A stretch of 64,000 nt of DNA from the human T2T-CHM13v2.0 reference genome, Homo sapiens, in NCBI RefSeq assembly GCF_009914755.1, contig NC_060927.1. One strand, given 5' to 3'. Below the pieces are notes generated by a model. It made no database searches. It was not told the origin of the DNA and saw nothing but the letters and a program-made list of their open reading frames with translations. The first letter of the stretch is position 1. Every line of letters begins with the position of its first letter. Both the position numbers and the translations under genes were made by a program. Below are positions 14,765 to 29,169 of this stretch, one piece after another.

Positions 14765-17720
14765 TTTTTTTTTAATTGGAACTTAAAACTGCATGTACTT
14801 ATCATGTACAGCATATTGTTTTAAAGCATATATACATTAAGGAATGACTAAATCTAGCAAATTTACATATACCTTACCTCACATATTTTCATAGTGAGTA
14901 TACTTTACATCCATTCTCTTAGCATTTTTTTCAGAAATACAATATACTATCAGATATAGTCAACATGTGTACAATGGATCTCTTGAACATATTTCTCCTA
15001 TTTAACTGAAATTTTGTATCTTTTGACAAACACCTCCCCAACTACTCCAGACCCTGGTGAAAACCATTCTACTTCTAACTTTCCATGAAATCAACATTCT
15101 TAGATTCTTCATATGAGTGAGAGCATGCAGCAGATGGCTTTCTGTCCCTGGCTTATTTCACTTAACATAATGGCTCCATATTGCAAACGACAATATTTTC
15201 TTTTTTATTATTGAATAGTTTATTGTGTATATATACCACATTCTTAAAGCCATTCATCCACTGATGAACACTTAGATTGATTTCATATCTTGACTCTTGT
15301 AAATAATGATGCAATAAACATGAAAGTGAAAATACCTGTTGACATATTGATTTCATTTTCTTTGAATATTCCTACTAATGGAATTGTTGGATCATGTGGT
15401 AGTTCTCTTTATAATTTTTTGAGAAACCTCTATAGTGTTTTTCATAATGTTTGTACTAATTTATATTTCCACCAACAGTATAAGAGTGTTTTTTTTCCCT
15501 CCACATCCTTACTAACACTTATCTTTTGTCTTTTCATAATAGCCATTCTTACAGGAGTGAAGTGATATCTCATTATGGTTTTAATTTGCATTTCCCTAAT
15601 GATTAGTGATGTTAAGCATTTTTTCTTATGCCTCTTGATCATTTGCGTGTCTTCTTTTGAGAGATGTCTGTTAATGTATTTAGTCTATTTTAAAATTCGG
15701 GTTTTTTTCTTGCAACTGAGTGTTTTGAGTTTCTTATATAATTTGTATATTAACACCTTATCAGATGTATAGCTTGTATATATTTTCTCCAGTTCTGTAT
15801 GTTGTCTCTTCATTCTGTTGACTATCTCCTTTCTGTAAAGAAGCTTTTTAGTTTGATATAATCTTATTTGTCTATGTTTGCTTTTGTTGCTTGTGCTTTT
15901 GGGGTCATATTATAAGAGTCATTGCCCAGAGCAATGCCATGGAGTTTTTCTTCTATGTTTGCTTGTAGTATTTTCATGTTTTGGTCTCACATTTAAATAT
16001 TTCACCTATTTCATCCATTTTAAGGTGATGTTTATATAGTGTGTGAGCATAAGGTATAATTTAATTCTTCTGTATGTATATATTCAATTTTCTAACCACC
16101 AATAAATGAAGAGATTATTATTTCTCCATTGCAAGTTTTTAGAATCTTTGTTGAAAATCAGTCAGCTGTAAACGTGTGGACATATCCCTGAATTCTGTGT
16201 TCTCTTCCATTAGTTTATATGTCTGTTTATGTTTATGTGTTTGTGGTTTATGTGTCTATGCCAGTACAATATTGTATTGCTTCCTATAGCTTTGTGGTAT
16301 ATTTTGAAGTTAGGCATCATGTGGCTATCAGCTTTTTAAAACTGTGATTGCTTTGACTATTTGGTCTTTTTTTCTGATTTCATATGAATTTTAGAATTTT
16401 TTTTCTATTTTTGTGAAGAATGTCATTGGTATTTTCATAGGAAATGCAGTGACTCTGTAGATTGCTTTGAATAGCATGGGCATTTTAACAATGTTAATTC
16501 TTCCAGTCCATAATCATGGGTTATCTTTTCGTTGATTTGTGTCTTCAAATTATGTCATCAGTGTTTTATGGTTTTCAGTGTACAGATATTTCACCTCCTT
16601 CATTAAACTTTTTTCTAAGTATTTTGTTTTTTGTAGCGTTATAAATGAAATTTTTAAAAAAAATTCCTTTTCAGGTAGTTTGCTCTTGTGTATAGAAATA
16701 CTGCTGATTTTTGCATGCCAATTTTGTATTCTTCAACTTTATTGGAATTCTGTATTAGTTCTAGCAGTTTTCTGGTGAAGTCTTCAGGGTTTTCTATATT
16801 ATAAAATTATGTCATCTGCAAACAGAGACAATTTAACTTCTTTATTTCTAATTTGGATACTTTTGTATTTCTCTCTTCATTCAAATTACTCTGAATAGGA
16901 CCTCCAGTATGATATTGAATAGAAGTGATTAGAATGGGCATTCTTGTCTTATTGTGAATCTTAGACAAAAAGTTTCCAGCATTTTTCCATTGAGTATGAT
17001 GTTAGCTGCGGGTTTATCATATATTGTTTTTATTGTGTTGTAGTACAGTCCATCTTTACCTTATTTGCTGAAAGTTTTTATTATGAAAATGTTAAAAATT
17101 GTCCAATATTCTTTCTACATATATTGAAATGACCATATGGATTTTGTCTTTAATTACGTTCATGTGATTTATTCATTTATGTATGTTGAAACATCTTTGC
17201 ATTCTTTGGATGAATCTCGCTTGATCACGTTGAATGATATTTTTAATGTACTACTGAACTCAATTTGCTAATATTTTGTTGAGAATTTTTGCATATATGT
17301 TATTTATGTTAATAAAGGTTATTGACCTGACCCGTAGTTTTCTTTCATTTATTTATTTTTTGTAGTGTCATCATCTGGCTTTGGTATCAGGGTGATGGCT
17401 GGCCTGGTAAAATAAGTTTAGAAGTATTCCCTCCTCTTCAAATTTTTGGAAGATTTTGAAAAGAGTTGACAATCGCTGTTCTTTAAATGTGTGATGGAAC
17501 TCAACATTGAAGACATCAGATCATGGGCTTTTCTTTGAAGAGAGACTTTTTATTATTGATGCAATCTCCTTAATCATTTTTGGTTTGTTAAAATTTTACA
17601 TTTCTTCATACTTCAGCCTTTGAAGGGTGTATACATCAAGGAATTTATACATTCCTTGTAGGCTATCTAATTTATTTGTGTGTAATTATTCGTAACAGTT
17701 CCTTAGGATCCTTTGCATTC
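14765..17720 (-). mobile_element. 5'-truncated L1MA (L1MA6-8-like)
   Basis: T-tail then L1MA 3'UTR; ORF2 C-terminal remnant [23 protein letters not shown] on the minus strand. Confidence 0.88.
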
Positions 17721-18227
17721 TTTTGTCATTCTTATTTCACTTATACTCATCTTTCTTGATTAATAACCCATCATCCCATAGCTTCAGACCTCTGCCTTAA
17801 AATCTTGACAAAATTTTACTTTTAGTTATTTAATTTCCCATTTTACTTTCTTTGGTTATTCTAGTAATTATGGGATTGGGCATATGGCCAGGCCTGTATT
17901 AGCCTCTGATACGATTGAAGTTCAGGGTAATTAGTCTTCTCTATGAGACTGGTGCCTGGCAGAAAACTGAAGTATGATTTGTAGACACGGCTAACCTAGT
18001 GGGTGACTGACTGATAAGCAAGAATTGTTTTCTTGATTTGTCCCAGAATCTGGCTGCTTGGACATGAGGCTAAAAGTGGAGGTTAAATAATTTTAGCTAT
18101 CCTGGTTGAAAGTCTGTGCGAGGAATAAGGCAGAAAACCTATTAAAATAACCTTATGAAATTTAGAACATTTAAAATGGAAATTGAGGAATTTTCTGCAA
18201 GAAAGACATAAATAATTGTAGCCTGAA

Positions 18228-18304
18228 GCAGTATGCTAAGCTGGCTAGAGACTGTTCTCATGTAGCCAAGGCCATAGATCTACACAAGGGCCAGTTAGCT
18301 TTGA
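18228..18304 (+). mobile_element. Probable MamSINE1 (tRNA-derived ancient SINE) head
   Basis: GCTAAGCTGGCTAGAG...GCCAAGGCCAT...GGGCCAGTTAGCTTTG resembles the MamSINE1 5' region. Confidence 0.45.
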
Positions 18305-19939
18305 ATTAAAAAAAATTCTCCTTATCATAATGCTACTCATAATGTAGGTCTTTTGCCAATATGTCCTTTAGACTCATATTAGAAGCAGGAAAGAGAATGA
18401 AGCAGCTCAGAGCATGCATACATGGATCTGGGAAAAGTAATTCAAAGTACATATTCTACAAATAATAGATCTAATAATAGATCTGCAGTAGCATCGTGCA
18501 TATGAAGTTAAGCTCAGTTTCATAACTGTGAAGAAGAGTTGCAATATGTATAATGATTTTAACCTTGCCGTGTATAATTAAAATTTATTAACCAGTATAA
18601 AAATAGATATTCGCAGGATTTTAAGTAATGATCCTAGAATGGTCACCGTTATGGATAGAAAGATATATTACATTCACTATTTTTTGAAACTTATCATCTT
18701 TAAAAAAGCAAAACTCTTGGATTGTGTATCAGCTAAAGACCAAGAAGCTATTGGCCATAAAACTCATACCAGATAAAGTACTCTCTCTTCATTTAAATCC
18801 AAATATTTATATAGCATTTTTTAAGGTGGATCTATCTCAACTGTCAAAGGAAATACTTCAGAAACCATCACAAGGATAAGCCAGTATATGACTATAATTT
18901 GAATTTATCCTATTTTAGTTCTAAATTCCAAAGATTAACTGCTGATTAAAATGATCTAAAATTGATCTTAGAACATTTAAAAATATATTATGATTTGATC
19001 TGAGTGAAATTATATCTTCTGCATTAATACATCACCCCAAGATACATGAAATACCCTAGGGCAAAGGCTTTCTTATTTCAAAGCCATAATAATAATTACT
19101 GCTTCACCAATGATAAAACATATGATCAGCAGAATATATGCTAAGACTATATTAGGGATGCTAACAGTTCAAGGTGACACGTAAGAATTGTATAGTTTGT
19201 AACAATAGCTAGTCCCTCAGGACAGCACAGCAATTTGTTTTTGCTTGTCCTGGATCATTTGCTTTTGGCCTCTTTTCATGTGTTCTTTCATAGTTCTATT
19301 CGGATTGTTTACCCATCTATACCTACTTCAGTCTAAAAAACATCTTGTTCTCCATATCACAGAGAAAACAAAGGCTATCCAGTGTGAATTTCCTCCAACC
19401 CCCAAACAATCCATCCTTCCCTTCCTACATAGACATATGAATACCTGTCTTTTCTAAGTACAAATCCCTCTTCTTGCTTTCTTTATCCCACAGCCTCTCA
19501 CCTAATCTTGTTGCTGTTTTCTGTATTTCTTTGGCACTGTAATGTAGGATTAGAACTTTGTGCTTTACCCCTTTCTCTTCCTGTGCCATCCACAGTCTAC
19601 ACATAGAGTCTGGAATGCTACATGTTGCCACGAACACCTCAATCACAGTAACTTAACTTTCATCCACATTACACATTGTTTTAAATATTATTTAAATAAA
19701 AATTGTGGATTAAAAAGACAAAACAAAACCACATACACCATCACTTAGATGATTTAGTTCATTTTCATCATTTCAAATATACCAATTCAAAAACCCATAC
19801 CTTCTCTCTCAGTTTTACTCAGGAGATAAGTCATTGGATAAAAAGACATCTTTTATTCAAATCCAAGTTTATCATATTCTTTCATATTACTATTTGACTG
19901 GTAGATATTTCATGACAGTTTATTTAACTCTTCCCATTT

Positions 19940-20120
19940 TTCCTGCAGCTCAGCCCCAAGGCTGAACAAACATGATTAGAGACTGTAAACACAGTGGTGC
20001 ATGGTCCAGACAGGGGCAAAAAACAATAAAAGTGGTGGAAATTGTGATGAACTAAACAGACCAAACAGGCACATCTGTAGATAAGATTTTGCCCACTGAC
20101 TGCCCATGTGAAGCCTCTCT
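19940..20120. mobile_element. MER45-like hAT DNA transposon relic
   Basis: AATAAAAGTGGTGGAAATTGTGATGAACT and the end GATTTTGCCCACTGACTGCCCATGTGAAGCCTCT resemble the MER45 group. Confidence 0.35.
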
Positions 20121-20850
20121 CAGCTTTTCCAGTGATGTTCCTCTGTCCCTTCCTCCCAGTATTCGGTATTGATCTCTGATTCTGTCCAATGACAGGTATC
20201 TAACAATGTTTGAAAAATTAGTGAATAAATTAAGTGACCAATAGTAAAAAAAAGTCCACTCGGAGTTTTTTTCTAAATGGTTTATTCTGTTCTGTTATGG
20301 AATAATGTCCATGTAAAGAAACACACACAACAATTATCAAATTCCGTTTCTTCATATTCTCTTGAGGGCTTTTAAAAATACTCTTTAACTTATTAAAAAT
20401 ATATATTGTCATTATCTATTAAACAAACACTCAGGATTTCCCCAAAGAGAATATCATTGATACTGCTCTTTCACTAGCTAATATCAGGCTAAGTTACAGT
20501 CATAAAAGTGGAGTTCTATTTTGAAAGCAAATTTTTGTTCACTTGAAGTAAATTACTCCTTCAAGGATACAAAAAGACTGACTATAATTTGGCACTATTA
20601 AGGTCCCAAGAACAGGTAATTTACAAAGATGAGAGGTTCATATCTAAGAAAGCATGTTTTTCTAACATTCTCCTATCATAGGATTAGACTCAACATTATT
20701 TTTTATCATGTTGTGTGTACTCTATTAAGTGAGGTATACAGCAAATTGAATACATGTCTCTTGAAAAAGTAAAGTGAAAATTAAAATCGTATACCTGAAG
20801 CTAGTAATTCTTATATTTTATAATATGCCATTAAGAATTAAGAATAAATA

Positions 20851-22200
20851 CTTTAAAACGTGGAAGTGGCTGTGGAACTGGGTAATGAAAAAAGGCTGAA
20901 AGAGTTTTGTGCTACATGCTAGAAATGTAGACATTAAGATTGATTCCAGTGAGGACTCAAAAGAAAAGAGACGATCTAGAAATAAAGTCACTATTTTCTT
21001 AGAGAATACACAAATAATTATGAACAGAATGTTGGTAGAAATAGCAATGTTAAAGACCTTTCTAGTGAGGTTTCAGATGGAAATGAAAAGCAGCTTGTTG
21101 AAAACTGGAGGAAAGGCAATACTGTCACAAAATGTCAGACAGCCAGGCTAAATTGTGTTTAATGTCTTGTGGAAAGTAAAATTTATGAGTAAATAAATTG
21201 GATATTTAACTGAGGACACTTCTAAAGCAAAGTATTGAAGGAGTAGCTTGATTCCTCTTGACTGCTTATATTAAAATGTAAGAGGAAAAGATGGATCGTG
21301 ATGAGAAAAGACATGAAATGAAGAAGGACTTGTTAAGCAAAAAGGAACCAGAATTTGAAAACTTGGGAAACTGTCAACCATCTATATTGCAAAATATTAA
21401 TAAGCTTTGTTCTGAAGAGAAACTAAGGGTATGGGCTGAACAACCATTTGGTAAAGGAAATTAGTTTGGGTATACATTGCAAATATGACAAGCCACCTCA
21501 GCAGAAGCCAGGAATAGAGATGAGATTATGCCATCAGAAACACCGCCTGCTGGGACTAAATGAAATAGAATAAAAAAGAGGGAATGAAAGAAGACATTGG
21601 AATCCAAGAATTTTACAAAATGAGAAATTATGACTAGAGCTATCCATATGCAAACGTGCTTTGCCCTTCATAAAAATGGAAGAATAATTTCAAAGGTGAT
21701 TCAGAGATCATCAAGGCTGTCACTCCTTCCACCGGTCCAGGGGACAAGACTACTTTCTCCTTAGTTTCACATGATAGGGCCCCAAAGAAGGCCGTGAAGC
21801 AGCATCTTGCAGTATCATGGGTGTGATACTACCACCATGGTGGGACTGGAGGGCAGAGCATCAAATGAAAGAGAACTGTTTTTGAGCTTTAAGATTTACT
21901 GAATTTTTTCTTTCTAGGTTTTGGACTTTCTTGAGACCTATCACTGTTTTCTTCTTTTCATTTCTCTTTTATGAAATGGAATGTCTATTTTATGTCTGTC
22001 TTACCTTCATATTTTAAGGTATATAACTTGTTTAGTTTCACAGGTTCACAGCTGGAGAGGAAATACGATGATTTAGATGAGACTGAACTTTTGACTTTAG
22101 AGTAGATGCTGGAATGAATTAAGGCTTTTGGAGTTGTTAGGATTGAATGAATGTATTTGGCATGGGCTAAAAGCATGAATTTTGGGGAGCCAGGGGAGAC
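20851..22200 (+). mobile_element. MaLR internal sequence (MLT1A-int-like)
   Basis: AAAACGTGGAAGTGGCTGTGGAACTGGGTAATG start typical of MaLR-int; ends in purine tract TTTGGGGAGCCAGGGGAGAC just before the LTR. Confidence 0.8.
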
Positions 22201-22603
22201 TAATATGAACAGAATTTTGTTCCCCAGAACTCACATGTTGTCACCTTAACCTCAAATGTGAAAGGGACTATGTGGACATAGAGACTGCAAGGAGGTGATA
22301 AGGGTTAAATGAGGTCATAACTGTGGGACCCTAAACCTGTGCCAATAAAATTTGTGTCCTTATAAAAAGAAAAAGAGACACCAGAGCATGCTCCTGCACA
22401 TATACACAGCAAAAAGGTCACGTGATAGCACAAATAGATGGTGGCTGTCTACAAGCCCAGATGTCAGCCCTCACCAGAAACTGACCCTACTGGACCTTGC
22501 TCTTTGACTTCAAGCCTCCAGAACTGTGAGAAAATTAATTTCTGTTGTTTAAGGCTTCCAGTCTGTGGTATTTTTGTTATGGCAGCCCAAGAAAGCTAAT
22601 GTA
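22201..22603 (+). mobile_element. MLT1A-like MaLR 3' LTR
   Basis: GGTTAAATGAGGTCAT, GCCTCCAGAACTGTGAGAAAATTAATTTCTGTTGTTTAAG, TTGTTATGGCAGCCC. Confidence 0.85.
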
Positions 22604-23189
22604 ATTAGCTTCTTCACATTGTAGTAGATGCCAGCCACAGCATATATACCTAAAGTTTTAAATTATTCATATACATAACCTCAATCTGACCATCTGGCTA
22701 TGCTGTATATAGCTCAATAATACTGTCTTATCATATAAATTTGCCTCATTTTGCAACTAGATGGAAACTAGGACGTCTTGATTTTGAGGTATATATATTT
22801 TGGTCATTTTATTATTTTTTCTATGATCATATGAAGAAAGAAGGAGGAGGAGGAAAAGTTAAGGAGAAAAAAGAACAGGTCTTCTAATTGTCAACAACAT
22901 CAAAAAGAGACTACTTGTCACACAGTCTGTCAATAGGTACATTTGAACGCAAACTGTATGCAGAATATACTGTGATTGAGAACCTGTTTATTTTTCATCA
23001 GAGTAGCAGAAAGTGATTTAAATAACCTGCTTTGTGCAAGATTCTATGCACAATAATCTTCAAAAGACATATTTGTTTTCCCCCAAAATTCTCATAGCAC
23101 TGATGAGCCCTGGCTGGAGTAGATGAGAAGAGGCTGCCCTTTGATAAGCATCAATATTTTGGGACATTGCAGTATCCTCTCAGCAGCTT

Positions 23190-23778
23190 TCTGCTTCCTT
23201 TCTTTCTCTGTAATCCATTTATCACAGGAGTCAGAGTGGTTCCTTTAAAACATACATCCCAAAACATCACTCCTTTTCTTGAAACATTTAAAAGCTTTAG
23301 CATCCCTCACAGAAGTTGCCACCCTTACACCAGCTCCTGAAGTCCTACTTGCTCATGCCTAGAATCTTTCTTCTAGTTTATCCACTTTGCTCTTCCTAAT
23401 CTGTTCTAGCCACACTGATTTTTGTTTTATAGTACTTAAATTTACCAAGTTTATTCTCCATCTACTTTGAATGGAGCATATTACTCTTTGCAAAATTGGT
23501 TTATTCTTTTTTTTGTAAATTCTTAGTACTTATCTTTTAGAGAGGAATCCTTTAACAACCTAAAGTTGTCACATTATTCCATCATTATATAGAATTTTCT
23601 ACCTAGCTGCCTTTATTGGGTAAAGGTCTTATATGTTTACTATGTTTCTTTCCACACAAAAAACCCCATGACAATAGAAAACTTCTTTCTCTTGCTCACA
23701 GCTGCATTCTTAAAAAAGACAACAAAAAATGAATTACCAGAGTGGATGATCAATAAAGTTTTGTAGAGTGAATGAATG
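23190..23778 (+). mobile_element. L2 3' fragment
   Basis: Ends CAATAAAGTTTTGTAGAGTGAATGAATG, the L2 (TGAA)n tail. Confidence 0.65.
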
Positions 23779-23849
23779 CCTGTGTATAATTTACTTATAC
23801 TTAGACAATGGAGCAATGCAGCAAATTAATAAAAGCATACAAGTGCTTA

Positions 23850-24060
23850 GAAAGTAGTGAGCACTGCATTGAATGTGTTACCTGTAATAACTAATTTAAT
23901 CTACACCTATACATTATTATTCCCAATTTAGAGGTGAGAAAACTGATCCTTACAAAATTTAATGTACTTACAGTCCCACAGCTATTAAATACTAGAGCTG
24001 GGATACACAACCAAGTCTTTCTGACTTCACATTTGGAAATCTAATAACACTAACTATACA
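23850..24060 (-). mobile_element. MIR
   Basis: Core TTATTCCCAATTTAGAGGTGAGAAAACTGA. Confidence 0.65.
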
Positions 24061-24141
24061 ATGTTATGCTAGACCACCACAGGGAAAGATTGATATTAGA
24101 TTGGGTTGAAAATCAATGCTAGAATCCAGAGAGTGGGAAAA

Positions 24142-24482
24142 TGCTATGGACTGAACTGTGTTCTCCCAAAATTCATGGGTCGAAGCCCTAACCCCCAGTG
24201 AGACAGTTAGTAGGTAATTACAGTTAAATTAGTTTATAAGAGTAGAGTTTTTTAATCAATTAGAATTCATGGTTTTGTAAAAAGAGAAAAAGATGCACCC
24301 AGAAAAGTCTATGTGAGGACACAGTGAGAAAGCAGCCACCTGTAAGCCAGGGAGAGAGCCCCCACTAGATCTCCACTGTGATCTTAGACCTCCCAGTTGC
24401 AGACTGTGAGATAATATATTTCTGTTGTTTAAGCTACCCGGTCCATGATATTTTGTTATTGCAGCCCAAGCAGGTTAAGACA
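24142..24482 (+). mobile_element. MLT1A/B-like solo LTR
   Basis: TG...CA ends: TGCTATGGACTGAACTGTG ... GCAGCCCAAGCAGGTTAAGACA. Confidence 0.85.
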
Positions 24483-25916
24483 CAAACAAATATTGCAAGT
24501 TGTTTTATTATCTCTGAATAAAAAATTTTTAAAAATTGGTGAAATCACTCTAGTCAAAATTGTTTCTGTATTATTTGTATACAACACTTATGAAAGTTCC
24601 AGCTCCATGATATCTCCCCTCATTTACTCACCTCTAAATCACTTCAGTTCAGTTCTAAGAAATGCAGATTTTTAAATTTAAGAAAGATAACCTTTATATG
24701 TTCAGAAATTTGTGTTGTCAAAGAACAGAAATAGTAGAAAGGTGGAGTTTTAAATAATCATCAATTGGTAAAAACTTGTTTTTTGCAGGCTTAATTAGGC
24801 AAATTTAATTTTGAAAACACGTTTTAGTTATAGTGTAAAATATTTTCATGTTGATGGCACTTTCTCAGCGCTCCTTCTTCTACTGCCTAGTTTAACCACT
24901 AAGCAGAACGCTCATTAATTCAAAAATATGAAATGGAAATAAAGAATTAAGTGGATGGGTAGGGAATTTTGGAAATGAACATCTCTGAATCTGATCAGAA
25001 CCCAGCTGCTATGTAAATGCACAATTAAATAATTGAAATAATTATTAATATGTATTAGTATAGAGAAATACATTTTTAAGTGGAGGATGTATAAAGGTGT
25101 CTCCACTGATAGGAGACAGTAAGATTTTATTTAAATATATGCAGATTTTACAGTTAGTATTTATAAGTGCTCAGGAAGCCTAGGCATGTGTTTTATAAGT
25201 TCAGGAAATATTATTTTTCCTAGTTAAGTTTGGACAGAATAGAAACAGAGATTGATTACTGGTTCACGCTAGCTTCTAATTAATAAAATAATTTTAAATC
25301 TTAATAATCAATTTTTCTAATCAAATGTGATATTTTAAACCTGTATCCAAATTAAAAACATCCTAAAAAGAATTAAAATCAAAATGTTATGTCATAAAAT
25401 TTCCAGAGGAAATTTGATAATAATAAGGGTTTTTGATTTGGAAATTTTCTCTAATAATCCTTTAATGGAAATTTAAAGGCTGTATATCATATCTTAAAAT
25501 TCTTTCTATCATTATTCCTCTTGTGGCCTAATTCTGCCACCAAATGAGTTAAATAATAATTCAATCTGTTAATATCAGCTTAATGCTTAAGATTTCCTGA
25601 AAAACTAAGTTAAATTGTATTCAATCAACAACATGATAGTGTTGCTATTTTATAAACATGAGTGACTAGTTCTTTTCCAAAAGCACATTTCATTTTTTTA
25701 TTTCTGATGCCAAATGTGCATAAGCAGTTATATGATTATTCGGAAAAGAAAAGGCAGAAATCTACTTTTACATAATTTTTCTATTGCTTAAGTAATTATG
25801 AAAACTGTATTCAGGACCCTGTAACAGCCTGCATCTTTGTCTAATAAGATGTGCCTTGACACCATTCTATGTCAAAACAGAGCTATCTTGCTTTGAAGTA
25901 GAAAATTAATCTGAAC

Positions 25917-26105
25917 TTTTATTTTAATTTCAGGGGTAGATGTGCAGGTTTGTTACACAGGTAAACGTGTGTCGGGGGCTTTATTGTGGTTTATTGTACA
26001 CATTATTTCATTACCCAGGTATTAAGTCTAGTATTCAATAGTTATTTTTCCTCATCCTTTCCCTCCTCCTTCCCTTCACCCTCGGATAGGCTCCAGTGTG
26101 TGTTG
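25917..26105 (-). mobile_element. Short L1PA 3'UTR stub (older, about L1PA10-13)
   Basis: CAGGGGTAGATGTGCAGGTTTGTTAC...CCCAGGTATTAAG; weak TGAAC(A)TTTT duplication at the flanks. Confidence 0.8.
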
Positions 26106-26424
26106 GTGGGTGTGAACATTTTATAGTGAAAAATGAACATTGCTTTTTCAATTTTCAGTAAAATCTACTGGTATATCTGCACTGCCCACTCAATTCAAGA
26201 GTACATTTTTACTAAAAACACATTATTTATTTTATTATGTTATTTTTAAAATATTGGATCAGAGTCATTTGCTTTTAAAAAGGAACTTAAAAATTATTTT
26301 ATACCAATAACTGGGTATTGTTTAAAATTCTACAAATAAAAATTGCATGTAAATAAATTCCAGATGTTAAACTATTTGACTTTTTATGTCAGTCTCTACA
26401 GAGCTCAAGAATGAGTCAGTAGGG

Positions 26425-27030
26425 GCAGTATTTCCAAGAATTTCCTTATCATAAGAATCATATGGGGGTATATTAAAAACACTCCTAGGCTCCACAAACC
26501 AACCTACTAAATCAAAGCCTCATCAGGAGAATTTTTCCACATTAATAAAAACTTAAGATAGAACATTTCAAATACGTAAAAAATATAACAGTTACTATAA
26601 TAAACTCATTTGCACCCATCACTCAGCTTCAACAATTATCAACTCATGATGAAACAAGGTAACTTTGAACATACCATGCTGTCCCCTTCTGGACAAAACT
26701 TTTTAGCAAATCCAAGACAACATTGTCAATTCATCCCTACATGTTTCAGAATATAGCTCATAAAGGAGACTTATCTTTTAATAAGGCCACAATAAAATTA
26801 TCACTCAGAAAAATCCACCAGTAGTTGCTAAATAGCATTTGTCAATCACTGTTGACATTTTTCATCGTTTTATAAATACATTGTTTTTCTAGTTTGTCTG
26901 AATCATCCACAAGACCACATAATTTACTTGATGTTTATATATTTTAAGTCTTTTAATATATGGACTCCCTCTCATTATCGCTTCATGTTCTTGCAATGTG
27001 TTTACCAAAGATTCATATCCATTTTAACAA
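26425..27030. mobile_element. MER5-like fragment (~26425-26540) followed by an old L1M 3' relic (-)
   Basis: ATAAGAATCATATGGGG...CTACTAAATCAAA (MER5); ACCCATCACTCAGCTTCAACAATTATCAACTCATG (L1MC/ME). Confidence 0.5.
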
Positions 27031-27109
27031 AAGCCTCTCAAGATTCTTATCAAAAAAGTTTGGGAAGTTCAGAGCACAGGAGTTTAGTTCAGGTATATGT
27101 GCATCCATA

Positions 27110-27310
27110 GACGTGCTTGGTTTCATAATTGTCTTACTATAAACCTGAACAAGGCAGTTGACCTTTCTATTATGTGTTGCTCCATGTGCAGAGCAGTGAT
27201 AATACCTGTTGTCTTCTTCACAAGGATGCTGTAAGATTAATGAGCTAATATCGATAAAGCACTCTGAACTTATGAGAAGAAATGGTCTTGAAAAGTTCAT
27301 AAGAAGCTTA
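27110..27310 (+). mobile_element. MIR
   Basis: CACAAGGATGCTGTAAGATTAATGAGCTAATATCGATAAAGCACT. Confidence 0.55.
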
Positions 27311-29169
27311 TAGCCCTTATAATACTCTTCTGTGGGAGACTGATCAGTCACCTCTAGCAAACACATTTTGTCTTATGTGAATAGTGTGTTAATGATGAAT
27401 TAATGATGAGTACAAATCAATCAATTTCTCTCAAACAACCATAAATTACAAAGATATACATATAAAATACTATATTTGCATATAGTATTTTAAACAGTAA
27501 AATCCATATATGAGTTATTTTCTTCCATATAAAATCTATATTATATATAAAATCTATAATGTATAATATATATAATCTATTATAAAAATATATTAATGAG
27601 TTTTTCTTTCTACATAAAATACTATATATTCTATATATAGTATAATATATATATAACTCATTTATAGATTTTACTGTTTGTCCATATGTCAGATTGACAG
27701 CCTAAATTTTTCTTTGAAACTTAGATATGCAAGTATTGAAATTAATATAATAATCCATTATAAATAACAAATAAACTTTAATTCCATCAAATCCAAAAAA
27801 CAGTATCTTGTTTATATAATGTTATTGTAAGCAAAATTTAAATCGGTATGAACACTTTCTATAGAAGCACTAATTTTTAATAATTATATAAATAATGAGG
27901 AATTTGTATTATCATCCTATATAAATTATTTTTGGAGTGTAAGAGTCTTTTGGTAAATATTGGAAACACCTTGGGATTAAAAGTTTTTTAAAAAAACCCT
28001 CTGTTTTTAATCTTTCTACAGCAATTAAAAGATTACAATTTTGAGTGTGTTACTTTACCATTCTGAACTATAATTCATTCCATAGTACAAGAAATAAATT
28101 GTCCCTTTTCAGTTTTAAAATTCCATGAATTAGGTAAAACATATTTCTATTTAAATGAATTCTTTATTGTATTTTTACCTGTCCTTGCATTTCTGTTAAA
28201 CAAACTAAACTTAAGACTCAAAAATAATCAGAAATGCAGAGAGCAATTTAAATTTAAAATCTCTCTTTTATCCCACTATACGTTGGTTGCCTTCTGTTGT
28301 TGAATTATCCATTAAATAGTAGTTATTTATAAAATCGTAGTCTTAGAAAGTTTGCTTGATTATTATATCCTTATTTCATGAAATTCAATAGTAACGAGAA
28401 GGATCTATGCTAAGTTAACTATAAAAACACAGCAAAACATCTTATTTCAAGTCATATAAAAGCATTATTTTTTAAGCTGTGACTTTCCAACTAGAAACCA
28501 TATAAAAAAATAAACAAACCAAGCAAAGCCATTAACTTAGGAATGAATGCCTAGTGCCTAGTCTTCTAAATATTTTAATAGATAATCTAAGTTTGTATAT
28601 AGTTTAATCTTATAATTTTGAAATTTTTGCCCTTTTACTTAAACAATTCCATCATTGCATATTCTAATCTTATAAATTTTTCATGTATATTACATATCTT
28701 GTTCCCTATGATAGGGATGACACTCAGAAAATTTATCCTCAATGCAATAGCAAGTTCAAATAGAATCAATAGATACCTGAGGGAGGGAGAATTTTATTGT
28801 GTGTTTATCAGAACAGCATTTATGATTCTTGCTCTATTTCAAAGTCCTTATCTAGGAGAAAATGGGCATTTAATTGGGAAGCAAGGATAATAGGAAGATA
28901 AGAAAGAGAAAACAGAGTGGGCTGCATTAGTTAGTAGAGTAAGTGGAAAAATATCTAGTTAATTAAGAATGTTTTCAAATAACCAATAATTGGCTGGGTA
29001 TAGACATTTATTTTTTTCAGTTTCTCACTGTATAACAACAATACCTTCAAAATGGAGGACATAGCTACCATTTCTTGCACTGTGTGCTGTTGATCTTATA
29101 TGCACGTATTTACATAAAAGTATGTATTTGCTTAGTAAAGGGTTTCCTATTTGCCAAAACTGAGAATTT

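Noticed and set aside
27492-27679. MITE or DNA transposon defined by the 27-bp inverted repeat
   Set aside because: No TA or 8-bp TSD, and the interior consists of local re-copies of flanking sequence.
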